From: Anaeramoeba ignava BMAN
Lineage: Eukaryota > Protista > Anaeramoebae
Direction: 5' to 3'
Assembly: GCA_028826165.1 (NCBI GenBank)
Contig: JAPDFW010000099.1
Span: 1 to 64,000 of the forward strand
DNA length: 64,000 bases
Below are positions 37,606 through 47,536 of this stretch, piece by piece; the stretch's first letter is position 1; the number at the start of each line of letters is the position of its first letter. The translations under genes were made by a program, and so were the position numbers. The notes beneath the pieces were generated by a model. The model did no database searches and was not told where the DNA came from. It saw only the letters and a list, made by a program, of their open reading frames with translations.

Positions 37606-39189
37606 TCATTTTTCATTTTGATTTTGATTTTCATTTTCATTTTCATTTTCATTTTCATTTTCATTTTCATTTTCATTTGGATTCAAAATTTGTGTAAATT
37701 TGTTTAAACCTCTTCTTTTTCTTCTTCTTATCCAAATAATTACGAAAATGATTCCACCAATCAAAACAACACCACCAACAGAAACACCAATAATCCAATA
37801 TTTTTCGGAAGTTTTTTTTGCTTGACTATTAGGATTATCAGGTTCAAAGATAATTTGGAAAGAATAAACTTTTCCTTGAAAAGGATTATCACCAACTTTT
37901 GAATCAGGAGATCCAACAAAAATAAAATCTTGATAAAGAGAAACTTGATAACCAAAAAGATCACCATCTTGTCCATCACTTGCAATTAAAATTTCCTTTT
38001 GATTCCAATTTGTTCCGTTATTCTCAAAAACATAAGCTTTTCCTTGAATTGAATCATTTATTCCAACTTTTGAATAAGGAGATCCAATCAAAAGAAAATT
38101 TCCATAAACAGAAACAGAAAAACCAAAATAATCACCATCTTGTCCATCACTTGCAATTAAAATTTCCTTTTGATTCCAATTTGTTCCGTTATTCTCAAAA
38201 ATATAAACTTTTCCTTGGTTTGAATTTGTTCCAATTTTTGCCATTGGAGATGAAATTATGAGAATTTTTCCCGAATTTGAAATACTGTATCCAAATTCAT
38301 CATTTTGTTGACCATCACTTGCAATTAAAATTTGCTTTTGATTCCAATTTGTTCCGTTATTCTCAAAAATATAAACTTTTCCTTGATTTGAATTTGTTCC
38401 AATTGTTGCCCCCGGAGATGAAATTAAAATGGATTGATCAACAATTACAATACTAGTTCCAAAATAATCATTTTGTTGACCATCACTTGCAATTAAAATT
38501 TGCTTTTGATTCCAATAACTTCCATCAAACTCAAAAATATAAACTTTTCCTTGATTTGAGTTTATTCCAACTGGTGCAACTGGAGCTCCAATTACTGTAA
38601 TATTCCCTGAAATTGCAACAACAAAACCAAGTAAATCTCCACTTTTTCCATCACTTGCAATTAAAATTTCCTTTTGATTCCAATTTGTTCCGTTATTCTC
38701 AAAAATATATGCTTCTCCTTGTCTTGAGTTTATTCCAACTTTTGAATAAGGAGATCCAATTATACAATAATTTCCAGAAAGAGCAACTTCAAAAGCAAAA
38801 ATATTATTTTCCACTCCATCATTTGCAATTAAAATTTGCTTTTGATTCCAATTTGTTCCGTTATTCTCAAAAATATATGCTTCTCCTTGTGATTCTCGAA
38901 TTCCAACGGTTGCGTTTGGTGATCCTATTATTGAATAATTACCTGAAATGAATAAACTTGATCCAAAATTTTGATATGAAATATTCTCTTTTGATGTTAT
39001 TGTTTCTTCATTTGTTATATTTGAACTTCTATATTCATTCTCATCTTCAATTTTAATTTCTTTTATTTTTTGCTTTTTTTCAAATCTTTCTTTAAATGAA
39101 TCATTTTTGGAATTTTTTTGTGTTTCACAATAAAAACAATTAAAAATAATTGAGAAAAGGAAATAAAATCCAATTATCTTTAAATTCAT
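37606..39189 (-). CDS. Type I membrane protein with 7 FG-GAP repeats and no stalk
   Basis: Signal peptide; ~56-aa repeats ILIASDGQxxDxFGxSVxxxGxxxxIGSP..QGKVYIFENNGTNWNQK; TM WIIGVSVGGVVLIGGIIFVIIWI followed by RRRKRR. Confidence 0.88.
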   Translation of the reverse strand: MNLKIIGFYFLFSIIFNCFYCETQKNSKNDSFKERFEKKQKIKEIKIEDENEYRSSNITNEETITSKENISYQNFGSSLFISGNYSIIGSPNATVGIRESQGEAYIFENNGTNWNQKQILIANDGVENNIFAFEVALSGNYCIIGSPYSKVGINSRQGEAYIFENNGTNWNQKEILIASDGKSGDLLGFVVAISGNITVIGAPVAPVGINSNQGKVYIFEFDGSYWNQKQILIASDGQQNDYFGTSIVIVDQSILISSPGATIGTNSNQGKVYIFENNGTNWNQKQILIASDGQQNDEFGYSISNSGKILIISSPMAKIGTNSNQGKVYIFENNGTNWNQKEILIASDGQDGDYFGFSVSVYGNFLLIGSPYSKVGINDSIQGKAYVFENNGTNWNQKEILIASDGQDGDLFGYQVSLYQDFIFVGSPDSKVGDNPFQGKVYSFQIIFEPDNPNSQAKKTSEKYWIIGVSVGGVVLIGGIIFVIIWIRRRKRRGLNKFTQILNPNENENENENENENENENQNQNEK

Positions 39190-39365
39190 TTTTTAAAAAC
39201 AAAAATTCAAAAACAAAAGAGGAAAAAAAAATGAATTTATATAAAAAAATTTTTTTTTTTTTTTGATCAAATTTTAATTTTTTGATCAACTTTTTTTTTA
39301 ATTCCTTTACAATTAATTTTCTTTACTCATCATTTAAAAAAAAAAATTATTTTAAATTAATAAGA

Positions 39366-39980
39366 AAAATTATTAAAAAAAATTCAATAAAATTAATAAA
39401 ATATTTTAATTAATTTATTTTCATTTTTATATCAAGAATATTAAATAATTTCATTTAAAATTAATTCTATTTTATATATTTTATCAACTTTTATTTATTT
39501 CAATTAATATAAAATTATTAAATAAAATTAAATAAAATTAATAAAATATTTTAATTAATTTATTTTCATTTTTAAATCAAGAATATTAAATAATTTCATT
39601 TAAAATTAATTTTATTTTATGTATTTTATCAACTTTTCTTTATTTCAATTAATATAAAATTATTAAAAATAATTCAATAAAATTAATAAAATATTTTAAT
39701 TAATTTATTTTCATTTTTGAATCAAGAATATTAAATAATTTCATTTAAAATTAATTCTATTTTATATATTTTATCAACTTTTATTTATTTCAATTAATAT
39801 AAAATTATTAAAAAAAATTCAATAAAATTAATAAAATATTTTAATTAATTTATTTTCATTTTTAAATCAATATTATTAAATAATTTAATTTAAAATTAAT
39901 TCTATTTTATATTTTATCAACTTTTATTTATTTCAATTAATATAAAATTATTAAAAAAAATTAAATAAAATTAATAAAAT
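39366..39980. repeat. ~145-bp tandem repeat, 4 full copies plus a partial one
   Basis: Unit starts (AAAATTATTA..TCAAGAATATTAAATAATTTCATT..TATCAACTTTT) at 39366, 39511, 39656, 39801 and 39944. Confidence 0.9.
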
Positions 39981-40299
39981 TATGGAATATTTTCATAAAG
40001 ATAAAAATTGAATTTTGATAACATTTTATAATAAATTCTAAAGGATTTTTTTATTAATTTATCTAGTAATAAAGAATTTAAATTTAATTATTAATTTCTT
40101 TTTTCAATTTTTATTTTTGTTTATCATCTTAAAAACAATTTTTTTTACTTCTCTTTCTAAATTTTTTATCATTATTTATAATTATTTTGGAATTGTTTAA
40201 AATTGGATTTGTTTCTTATTTATTGATTTGAAGAATTAAATTTGATTAAAAGTAAAAGAAAATTGAATTGAATTTTGAAAAAAAAAATAGAAAAAGATT

Positions 40300-41922
40300 T
40301 TAAATGAAATAAGTCTCAAGTTCATCAACAACCCATTTATCAAAAGAACCAGCTAAATAACTTTTTGCCTCATTTGTATTATAAGTAATTCCATTAGGAG
40401 AATTATAAGTATGCCCGATATTTGAATAACCAGGTTGTAAGTTTGATCCTAAAAAAAAATCTGTGCTATTTGATGGACCATATCCACCACCTCCAAAACC
40501 TGGACCAAATCTCGAATAGCTATGCTCAATTGCTTTTCCTTCCATCCCTTGTTTAATTGTAAATTTTTCTGGTTTTCTATCTCCTTTATCATTTCTTAAT
40601 GAAAAAATAAATGCATTTCCATCTCGAAGAAAAGAATCACTTCCTTTTCTCCATCCAATTGAAGTAAATCCTCCAAAAATATAATTTTCTTTTGTTTGGA
40701 TAATAACTAATGTTTTTCCTTTATTATCAACTGCTTCATGCCATTTTTTGCAATCAAATCCATCTTTTTTTGCTGAATATCCTTTTTTCATTTTGGAAAA
40801 AAAATCATTATTATTTATCCATTCTTGTAATTTCTTAACATATTCAATATCTTGAACAATTTCTGAATCTGAAAATTGAGGAAAATTCTTATCGAAATCT
40901 TTCATTTGTTTTTCATATTCCAAATCTTTTTGGTATTGATCTCCATATTTATCAAAAATAGGTTTCATTTCCTCAACTTCTTTTTTCCATTTCTCTTCAA
41001 TTTCAATTTTCATTTGTTGATTTTCTTTCTTCCATTTCTCTTCAATTTCCTTTTTCATTTGTTGATTTTCCTTCTCTTTGTTTTCAATTTCTTTTTGATT
41101 TTCTTGAATAACTTTGTTTTGAATATCAATTAAAAAAGAATTTGGAAGAAAAAAATCAAATTGTTTTAATTTATCAAAATCTTGTTTTGAAATTGAATCT
41201 TTATCAAATAATGAAAAAAAAGAATGAAATAATCTTTTCTTTGCATTTATTTTGTGCTTATATTTCTTTCCTTTTAATCTTTCATTTCTTTTTTCAATCC
41301 AATTATTTAAAAATTGAAAAAAATCAAATTGAAAAATTTCTTTTTTTTCTTGTTTAAATTGAATAAATTTGATAATTTCTTCTTTAGTTAAATTGAATAA
41401 ATTCTCATTATTCTGAATTTGGAAAAAATTTTGATTTATTAATTCAAAACATTTTATTTCAATTTCATTTAATTTTAAATTTCGATTTTGGAAAAAAAAT
41501 TGGAAAAAATTTGAATAATTAATTGAATTTGAAATTTTTTTTTGAATAATTTCTTTCAATAAATTTAATTTAAAATAAATTGAAATTTCTAATAATTGAA
41601 TAAGATTTTCTTGATTCTCAAAAGAAATATTTCCATAATAAATATAACTCAAAATTGATTCCATTTCTTTTTTATTAAATTGATTTAAAGAAATAGAAAG
41701 AGATTCTTGCCTTAATGACTCATTAAAAAAAGGAGATCTTGAACATAAAATTGATTTATGAACTTTAAATTCAAAAGGATTTGATTTATTCTCAACAAAA
41801 ATTGAAAAATCTTTAAATGAATTTCCATTTAAAAGGTTTGAATAATCTTTAATTAAATTTTTTGTTACTTTTTTTTGTAAATTTTTCATTTCATTTTGAT
41901 TTTGATTTTGGTTTGTATTCAT
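40300..41922 (-). CDS. BTB/POZ + coiled coil + TLDc protein (copy B)
   Basis: 540-aa ORF; N-terminal half nearly identical to copy A. Confidence 0.92.
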   Translation of the reverse strand: MNTNQNQNQNEMKNLQKKVTKNLIKDYSNLLNGNSFKDFSIFVENKSNPFEFKVHKSILCSRSPFFNESLRQESLSISLNQFNKKEMESILSYIYYGNISFENQENLIQLLEISIYFKLNLLKEIIQKKISNSINYSNFFQFFFQNRNLKLNEIEIKCFELINQNFFQIQNNENLFNLTKEEIIKFIQFKQEKKEIFQFDFFQFLNNWIEKRNERLKGKKYKHKINAKKRLFHSFFSLFDKDSISKQDFDKLKQFDFFLPNSFLIDIQNKVIQENQKEIENKEKENQQMKKEIEEKWKKENQQMKIEIEEKWKKEVEEMKPIFDKYGDQYQKDLEYEKQMKDFDKNFPQFSDSEIVQDIEYVKKLQEWINNNDFFSKMKKGYSAKKDGFDCKKWHEAVDNKGKTLVIIQTKENYIFGGFTSIGWRKGSDSFLRDGNAFIFSLRNDKGDRKPEKFTIKQGMEGKAIEHSYSRFGPGFGGGGYGPSNSTDFFLGSNLQPGYSNIGHTYNSPNGITYNTNEAKSYLAGSFDKWVVDELETYFI

Positions 41923-42061
41923 TTTTGAAAAAGAAAAAAAATGAAAAAAATGAAAAAATGAAATTTTAATTTTAATTTTAATTTTAATTTAAATTTTAAT
42001 TTTAATTTAAATTTTGATTTTAATTTTATTTTTGATTTTAATTTTAATTTTAATTTTAATT

Positions 42062-43834
42062 TTAATTTTGATTATTAAATTTGTTAATTAATAAATCAAA
42101 TAAATTTGGATTTGTTTGATTTAATTGAAAATAATCAATTCCAATTTGAATTTCATCAATTATTTCTTGTGTAATTTCAATTTCATCTTTAATTTGGTTT
42201 GAATAAATCCAATATTCAAATATTTGAAATGATTTATTACTCAATTCACTATAATCTGTAACTTTATTAGAAGTATCATTTGTTACAGATAAAAACATTC
42301 CTCGATATAATTCACTTCTCATTATTAATATTAATTTGGGAAATTTATATTGTTTTTCTTTTCTTTCAATTATAAAATCTTTTTCATTTTCATTTAAATA
42401 AATTCTTTTCATTGTTTCTTCAATTTTTTCATTTGAATTTATAATTTCTTTAATTTCAGAATATAATATTGGATTTATTATTCTGTTTGAATAAATCATT
42501 TCAAATACTTGATTTGATTCTTTAATTGATTTTTTTGAAATAATTTCTTGAAGTTTTTCAATTTGATTTTGATTTTGATTTAATCTATATTTCAATATTA
42601 ATTTATGAGCTTCAATTATTTCTCCATTTTCTGTTTTAAATGAAATATCACAAAATTCTTTTCTTCTAAATAATTTTATCAAATCTTCTTCAAGATTGGA
42701 AAAAGAAGAAAGGAAAGGAGAATAATAAATAAATGAATTTCGATATCCGCAAAGAGTATGATAATTGAAAATTTCTTCATTAAATCTTAATTTAGGAAGT
42801 TCAATTTCAATTATATTTCCTTCTTTTTTAGTATTTCCAGTTCCTAATTGACCAAATAAATCACTTCCAAATCCTATTAGTTTTGAATTAGATGTTAAAA
42901 TCAAGTTATGAGCATCTCCAACAGAAAAATCAATAATATTATCATTTTCAAATAAAGATGATTTAATTTCAGTAAATTCATAAGTATTTCCATCTTCTTT
43001 GTCAAGTCCATTAAATAAATAATTTCCACATGAATAAAGTTTTCTTTTTGGATTTTGATTTTGGTCTTCAATCAACATTATTGAATTTGTCCAACCACAT
43101 TGAATATCAATTATTTTACCTTTTGGAATATTTTGGATTTTGGTTAATTTATCGATTTTTGTTTCTTCTTCTTTTGTTGATTCTCCTAATCCAAGTTGAC
43201 CAAAAAGATTTTCACCACATACAAATAATTCATGATTTGAATTCAAAAGAAAAACATGAAATGAAGAATTTCCTGAAAATATTTTAGAAACATTTTTCAT
43301 CATTAAAATTGGTTTTTCTGTTGTAAAAATTATTTCACAATCGAAACCAAGTTGGCCAGATAAATTAGAGCCAATTCCATAAGCATTTTGATTTGAAGTT
43401 AATAAGTAAATTGAATATTTTCCAGAAACAATATCTTCAATTATTCTATCATTTTTATCTTCAATTAATGATGAAATATTGATAAATTCATTTGGATTTT
43501 CTGGATTAATATTTTCTCCTTTAGCAAATACATTTCCTTCTATTGTTAAAATAGCTTCATTTTTATAACCAACAGTTACTTTTTGAATATTTTCAATTTC
43601 AATTTCTTGAGGATTTTGATTTGAATCATTTTTATTTAAGTATTCTATTGCTTTTCCATTTTTAAAAAGGAAAATTGTTGAATAATTTCCTGATGAAATT
43701 TGTTTAATTTGTTTTTCGTTTTCATTTTCATTTTCATTTTCAAATTTAAATTGAATTGGTTTTTTTATTCTTTTTGGTTCATTTTTGATAAGTTTTGGTT
43801 CTTCATTTTTACCAAAAAATAAAATTTCATTCAT
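42062..43834 (-). CDS. RCC1-repeat + BTB protein (copy 3)
   Basis: Likely start MNEILFFG at 43834 by alignment with the paralogs; the track's upstream extension is repeat-derived. Confidence 0.9.
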   Translation of the reverse strand: MNEILFFGKNEEPKLIKNEPKRIKKPIQFKFENENENENEKQIKQISSGNYSTIFLFKNGKAIEYLNKNDSNQNPQEIEIENIQKVTVGYKNEAILTIEGNVFAKGENINPENPNEFINISSLIEDKNDRIIEDIVSGKYSIYLLTSNQNAYGIGSNLSGQLGFDCEIIFTTEKPILMMKNVSKIFSGNSSFHVFLLNSNHELFVCGENLFGQLGLGESTKEEETKIDKLTKIQNIPKGKIIDIQCGWTNSIMLIEDQNQNPKRKLYSCGNYLFNGLDKEDGNTYEFTEIKSSLFENDNIIDFSVGDAHNLILTSNSKLIGFGSDLFGQLGTGNTKKEGNIIEIELPKLRFNEEIFNYHTLCGYRNSFIYYSPFLSSFSNLEEDLIKLFRRKEFCDISFKTENGEIIEAHKLILKYRLNQNQNQIEKLQEIISKKSIKESNQVFEMIYSNRIINPILYSEIKEIINSNEKIEETMKRIYLNENEKDFIIERKEKQYKFPKLILIMRSELYRGMFLSVTNDTSNKVTDYSELSNKSFQIFEYWIYSNQIKDEIEITQEIIDEIQIGIDYFQLNQTNPNLFDLLINKFNNQN

Positions 43835-43944
43835 TTTTGAAAAGAAAAAAATGAAAAATGATTTTTTAATTTTAATTTTAATTTTGAATTTTAATTTTAA
43901 TTTTAATTTTAATTTTAATTTTAATTTTAATTTTAATTTTAATT

Positions 43945-46900
43945 TTAATTTTGATTTGAATTTTGGTTCATTCGACTTGAACAAACAAAACACCAAAATT
44001 TAGAATTATTTTGATTATTATCTGGAGATTTCTTTTGGATAATTTGACGATTATCAACATCATCAGTTTTGATATTTAAAGTATCACTTAAACAAGATTT
44101 ATGATAAGCATGACCACAATTAAAAACAATAGAATTTTGATGAGGTTGATTAAGTATTGATTCTCCGCATAAATAGCAATGTTGAGAAGAAGTGACTCTT
44201 CTTCCTCTTCTTGATTGCTTATAGAAAACAAACATCAAATCAGTGCAATCCTTCTCAATAATATCTTTTGTAACTTCTCTAAGTTGAACTTGCAATTTAA
44301 AATCATCCAAAATTGCTGTCAATTTATTTTGCAAATGAGGTATTTGCATTTTTGGTGGGATTCTTCTTACAACTTGCAATATATCAAACTTGGTACTTAA
44401 TGTGTGATCCAATAAATCTGAAAGATAATTGGGATTTGTTAAGCAATACTTGATTAAATCGTTCCATAAATCTTTATCTCCTTCTTCTTGAACAAATTCA
44501 ATTGCTTGTTTTATATCCTTTAATTCCTTTATAATAATATCAAGTGTTTGTTTTGCATTTCCCATTCTTTTCATGATGAACACCATTTCCCGAATAAGAT
44601 GGTTTTCTCGACAAACCTCAAGTGCTTTTTCCAATGGGATGCTTGTGCTTGATTTGAGGAAATTCATCATTTTTTCTGGTGCAAATTGGACATATAAATT
44701 TAATTGCAATCCGTGATATTTTCTTGAAATAAGTGGATCTTCTTCAAAAATACCATCCAAATATAAATGCAATAATTTTGCGTCGTGTTTTAATTGAGGC
44801 ACAATTTTATCAATAGGAAGTCTATCGTTATTTTTCACCAACAAATCGATTGTTTCTTCAACTGAGAATTCGATTAATTGTTGGACTTTATCCACAATTG
44901 AATCAAACAAATTGTGTTCATTAATCAATCCAAAAACATCTCCTTTCTTAATTTTCAAAAAGATATCTAGTGCTTGTTCGTGTTTATCGGTTTTACTGTA
45001 TAAATTTGCCAATGTTATTAAGTAATTCTCTTGATTTTCTTTTGTTTCTTGTTTGTGTATGTTTTCCTGAATGAATTGTATTAAAACCTGAGTGTCATAT
45101 AAATTAATTGGCCAATCCTCAATCAATTCATTCATTTTTTCAATATCTTTTTGGAGATAATAATTCAAAATTGATTGATAAGTTTTTGGATCCAATTTTG
45201 GTGTTTTGATTGGGATTTTGCTAATAATATCATCAAGTTTATCATTTTCAATAAATTTTTGAATCCATTTAGCCCATAAACCTTCTTCTTTTTCACAAAC
45301 CCAAGAACAATCATTAATTGCTTCTGAAAAAAGTTGGTTTTGGAATAAATGATTAAGATGTTTTTCTCCCAAATCTTGATAAGTATATGCTTTAAGCTCT
45401 TTTGGGTTTTCTTTTGCCAAAGTTATTGCTGATTTAAATTTGGAAACTTTTACAAGCCAAGAAATTTTATTATCGACTGAAAGTTTTTGAGCAGATAAAA
45501 CTTGTTGAGAAGAAGAAAAAAAGAGTTTTTTTTCATTTTCATTATTTTCTAAGTGGTATTCTAAAGGATTTGGTTTTGAACGAAGACGGATTTGGCATTT
45601 TTCAGTTGCAATTTCATTTCCTTCCAAATTGATGAGTCTAATAATTAATCCTTCATTTGATTTAATTTGTTTTTTTTCATCAATAATTTTTTTTTCATCA
45701 ATAATTTCTTTTTCTTCATTATTAATATTTTCATTATTATTATTTTCATTATTAATATTCTCATTATTAGTATTCTCTTGTGTTTTTTGTGGAGGTTCAA
45801 TATCAGTTTCAGTTTCGGTTTGTGTTAAATTATCAGTTTCTGTTTCTGATCTTAAATTTGATTGATTTTCACTTTTTGATTTTTTCAATTTTTTTTGAGT
45901 AGTTTTTGTTCCATCCAATTCAAGTAATAATTCATCATCTTCCATTGTAAGTAATAATAAATTTGAATCAAAAAAGGAAATTCCACAAATAAAGAAATCA
46001 AATATTTGATAATAAATTGCACTCATTTTGGAAGGAGTGTTTTCATTTTTATATAAATCTTTTTTTAGTTCACAAATTGATAAAAAATTTCCCCAAGCAA
46101 TAGCAAGTTTAGAACCTTTCCATTTAAAAAAGCAACGGAATCCATCAGGTCTTGGAGAATTTAAAGGTCTCAATATATTCTATAAAATATATATATTTTT
46201 CAATTCAATTTAAATTTCAATTCAATTTAAATTTCCATTTTTATTTACATGAATAATTTTTGAATTAATAATATCATAAACATAAATTCCATTATTATTT
46301 GACCAAGTAACATATTGATTTGTCCAATTAATAGAATAAATTGTTCCTTCATTACTATGAATTAATAAATCATTTGTTTTAAAAAATCCTAAAAAAAAAA
46401 ATTTTTAATAAAATAATAAAATTATAAAAAATTAAATTAAATTAAATTAAATTAAATTAAATACCTTTACTACGAAGAACAATATTTCCTGAAACTCCTC
46501 CATAAATAAATGATTGTGATTTTTTTACTCCATATTCTGGATCAATTGCTATTGATTTAATAACTTGTGGGAAAGTATATTGTTGTGATTTATCAGTATT
46601 TATTCCATTTATAACAACATTTCCTATTTTTAATTTTTAATTTTTAATTTTTAATTTTTAATTTTTAATTTTTAATTTTTAATTTTTAATTTTTAATTTT
46701 TAAATAAAATTCACCATCAACAGAACAACTTCCAATATAATCTCCTTTAAAATCAAAACTAATATCATTTACAGAAGCTTCATAAGATTTAAATTCTTTA
46801 ATTTTATTTCCCAAAAAATCAAATATATAAATATAACCATCATATGTTCCAATTGCCTTAACAAAATTAAAATTAATTAAAATTAGAATTATAATTAAAA

Positions 46901-47433
46901 TTAATATTTAAAATTAAAATTATAATTAAAATTATAATTATTATTAAAATTAAAATTAAAATTAAAATTAAAATTAAAATTAAAATTAAAATTAAAATTA
47001 AAATTAAAATTATAATTAAAATTAAAATTAAAATTAAAATTATATTTAAAATTAAAATTAAAATTAAAATTAAAATTAAAATTAAAATTATAATTAAAAT
47101 TAAAATTAAAATTAAAATTAAAATTAAAATTAAAATTAAAATTAAAATTAAAATTAAAATTAAAATTCATTTTATAATTAATATTAAAATTAAAATTAAA
47201 ATTAAAATTATAAAATTTACTAAAAATTTTTCATGAGCTTTAAAACAAGAAACTTTATTTGTTCCAACAATAATTTCATTAATTTTTTTTAATTCAGTAT
47301 AATTAAGTAAAGGTTGTTCACTTGTTTCATCAATATTAAGTGAATTTTCTCTTTTATTTCTATGTCTGTGTCTATGTTTTGATTTATGTTTATGTTTTCT
47401 TTTATTAATTGTTTCTTCTTTTTGATTACTCAT
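43945..47433 (-). CDS. VPS41: HOPS tethering complex subunit Vps41, 5 exons
   Basis: QPLLNYTEL..HEKFL|AIGTYDG..GSCSVDG WD40 region; IAIDPEY; clathrin heavy-chain repeat (LYVQFAPEKMMNFLKSS..PLEKALEVC..EMVFIMKRMGN..DLWNDLI); C-terminal RING-H2 CYLC..CGHAYHKSC..CFVC. Confidence 0.93.
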
Positions 47434-47536
47434 TAATTAAAAAGAAAATTAAAAAAATTGAAAAAAATGAAAATTTAATTTTTTTTTTTCATTTTTTTTT
47501 TTTCATTTTTTTTTTTCTAAATAAAATAATAATAAA

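Noticed and set aside
39366-39980. Possible CRISPR array
   Set aside because: Whole units repeat with no unique spacers, there are no cas genes, and the context is eukaryotic.
43835-43996. N-terminal extension of RCC1-BTB copy 3 overlapping VPS41
   Set aside because: It is repeat-derived LKLK sequence; paralog alignment places the start at 43834.
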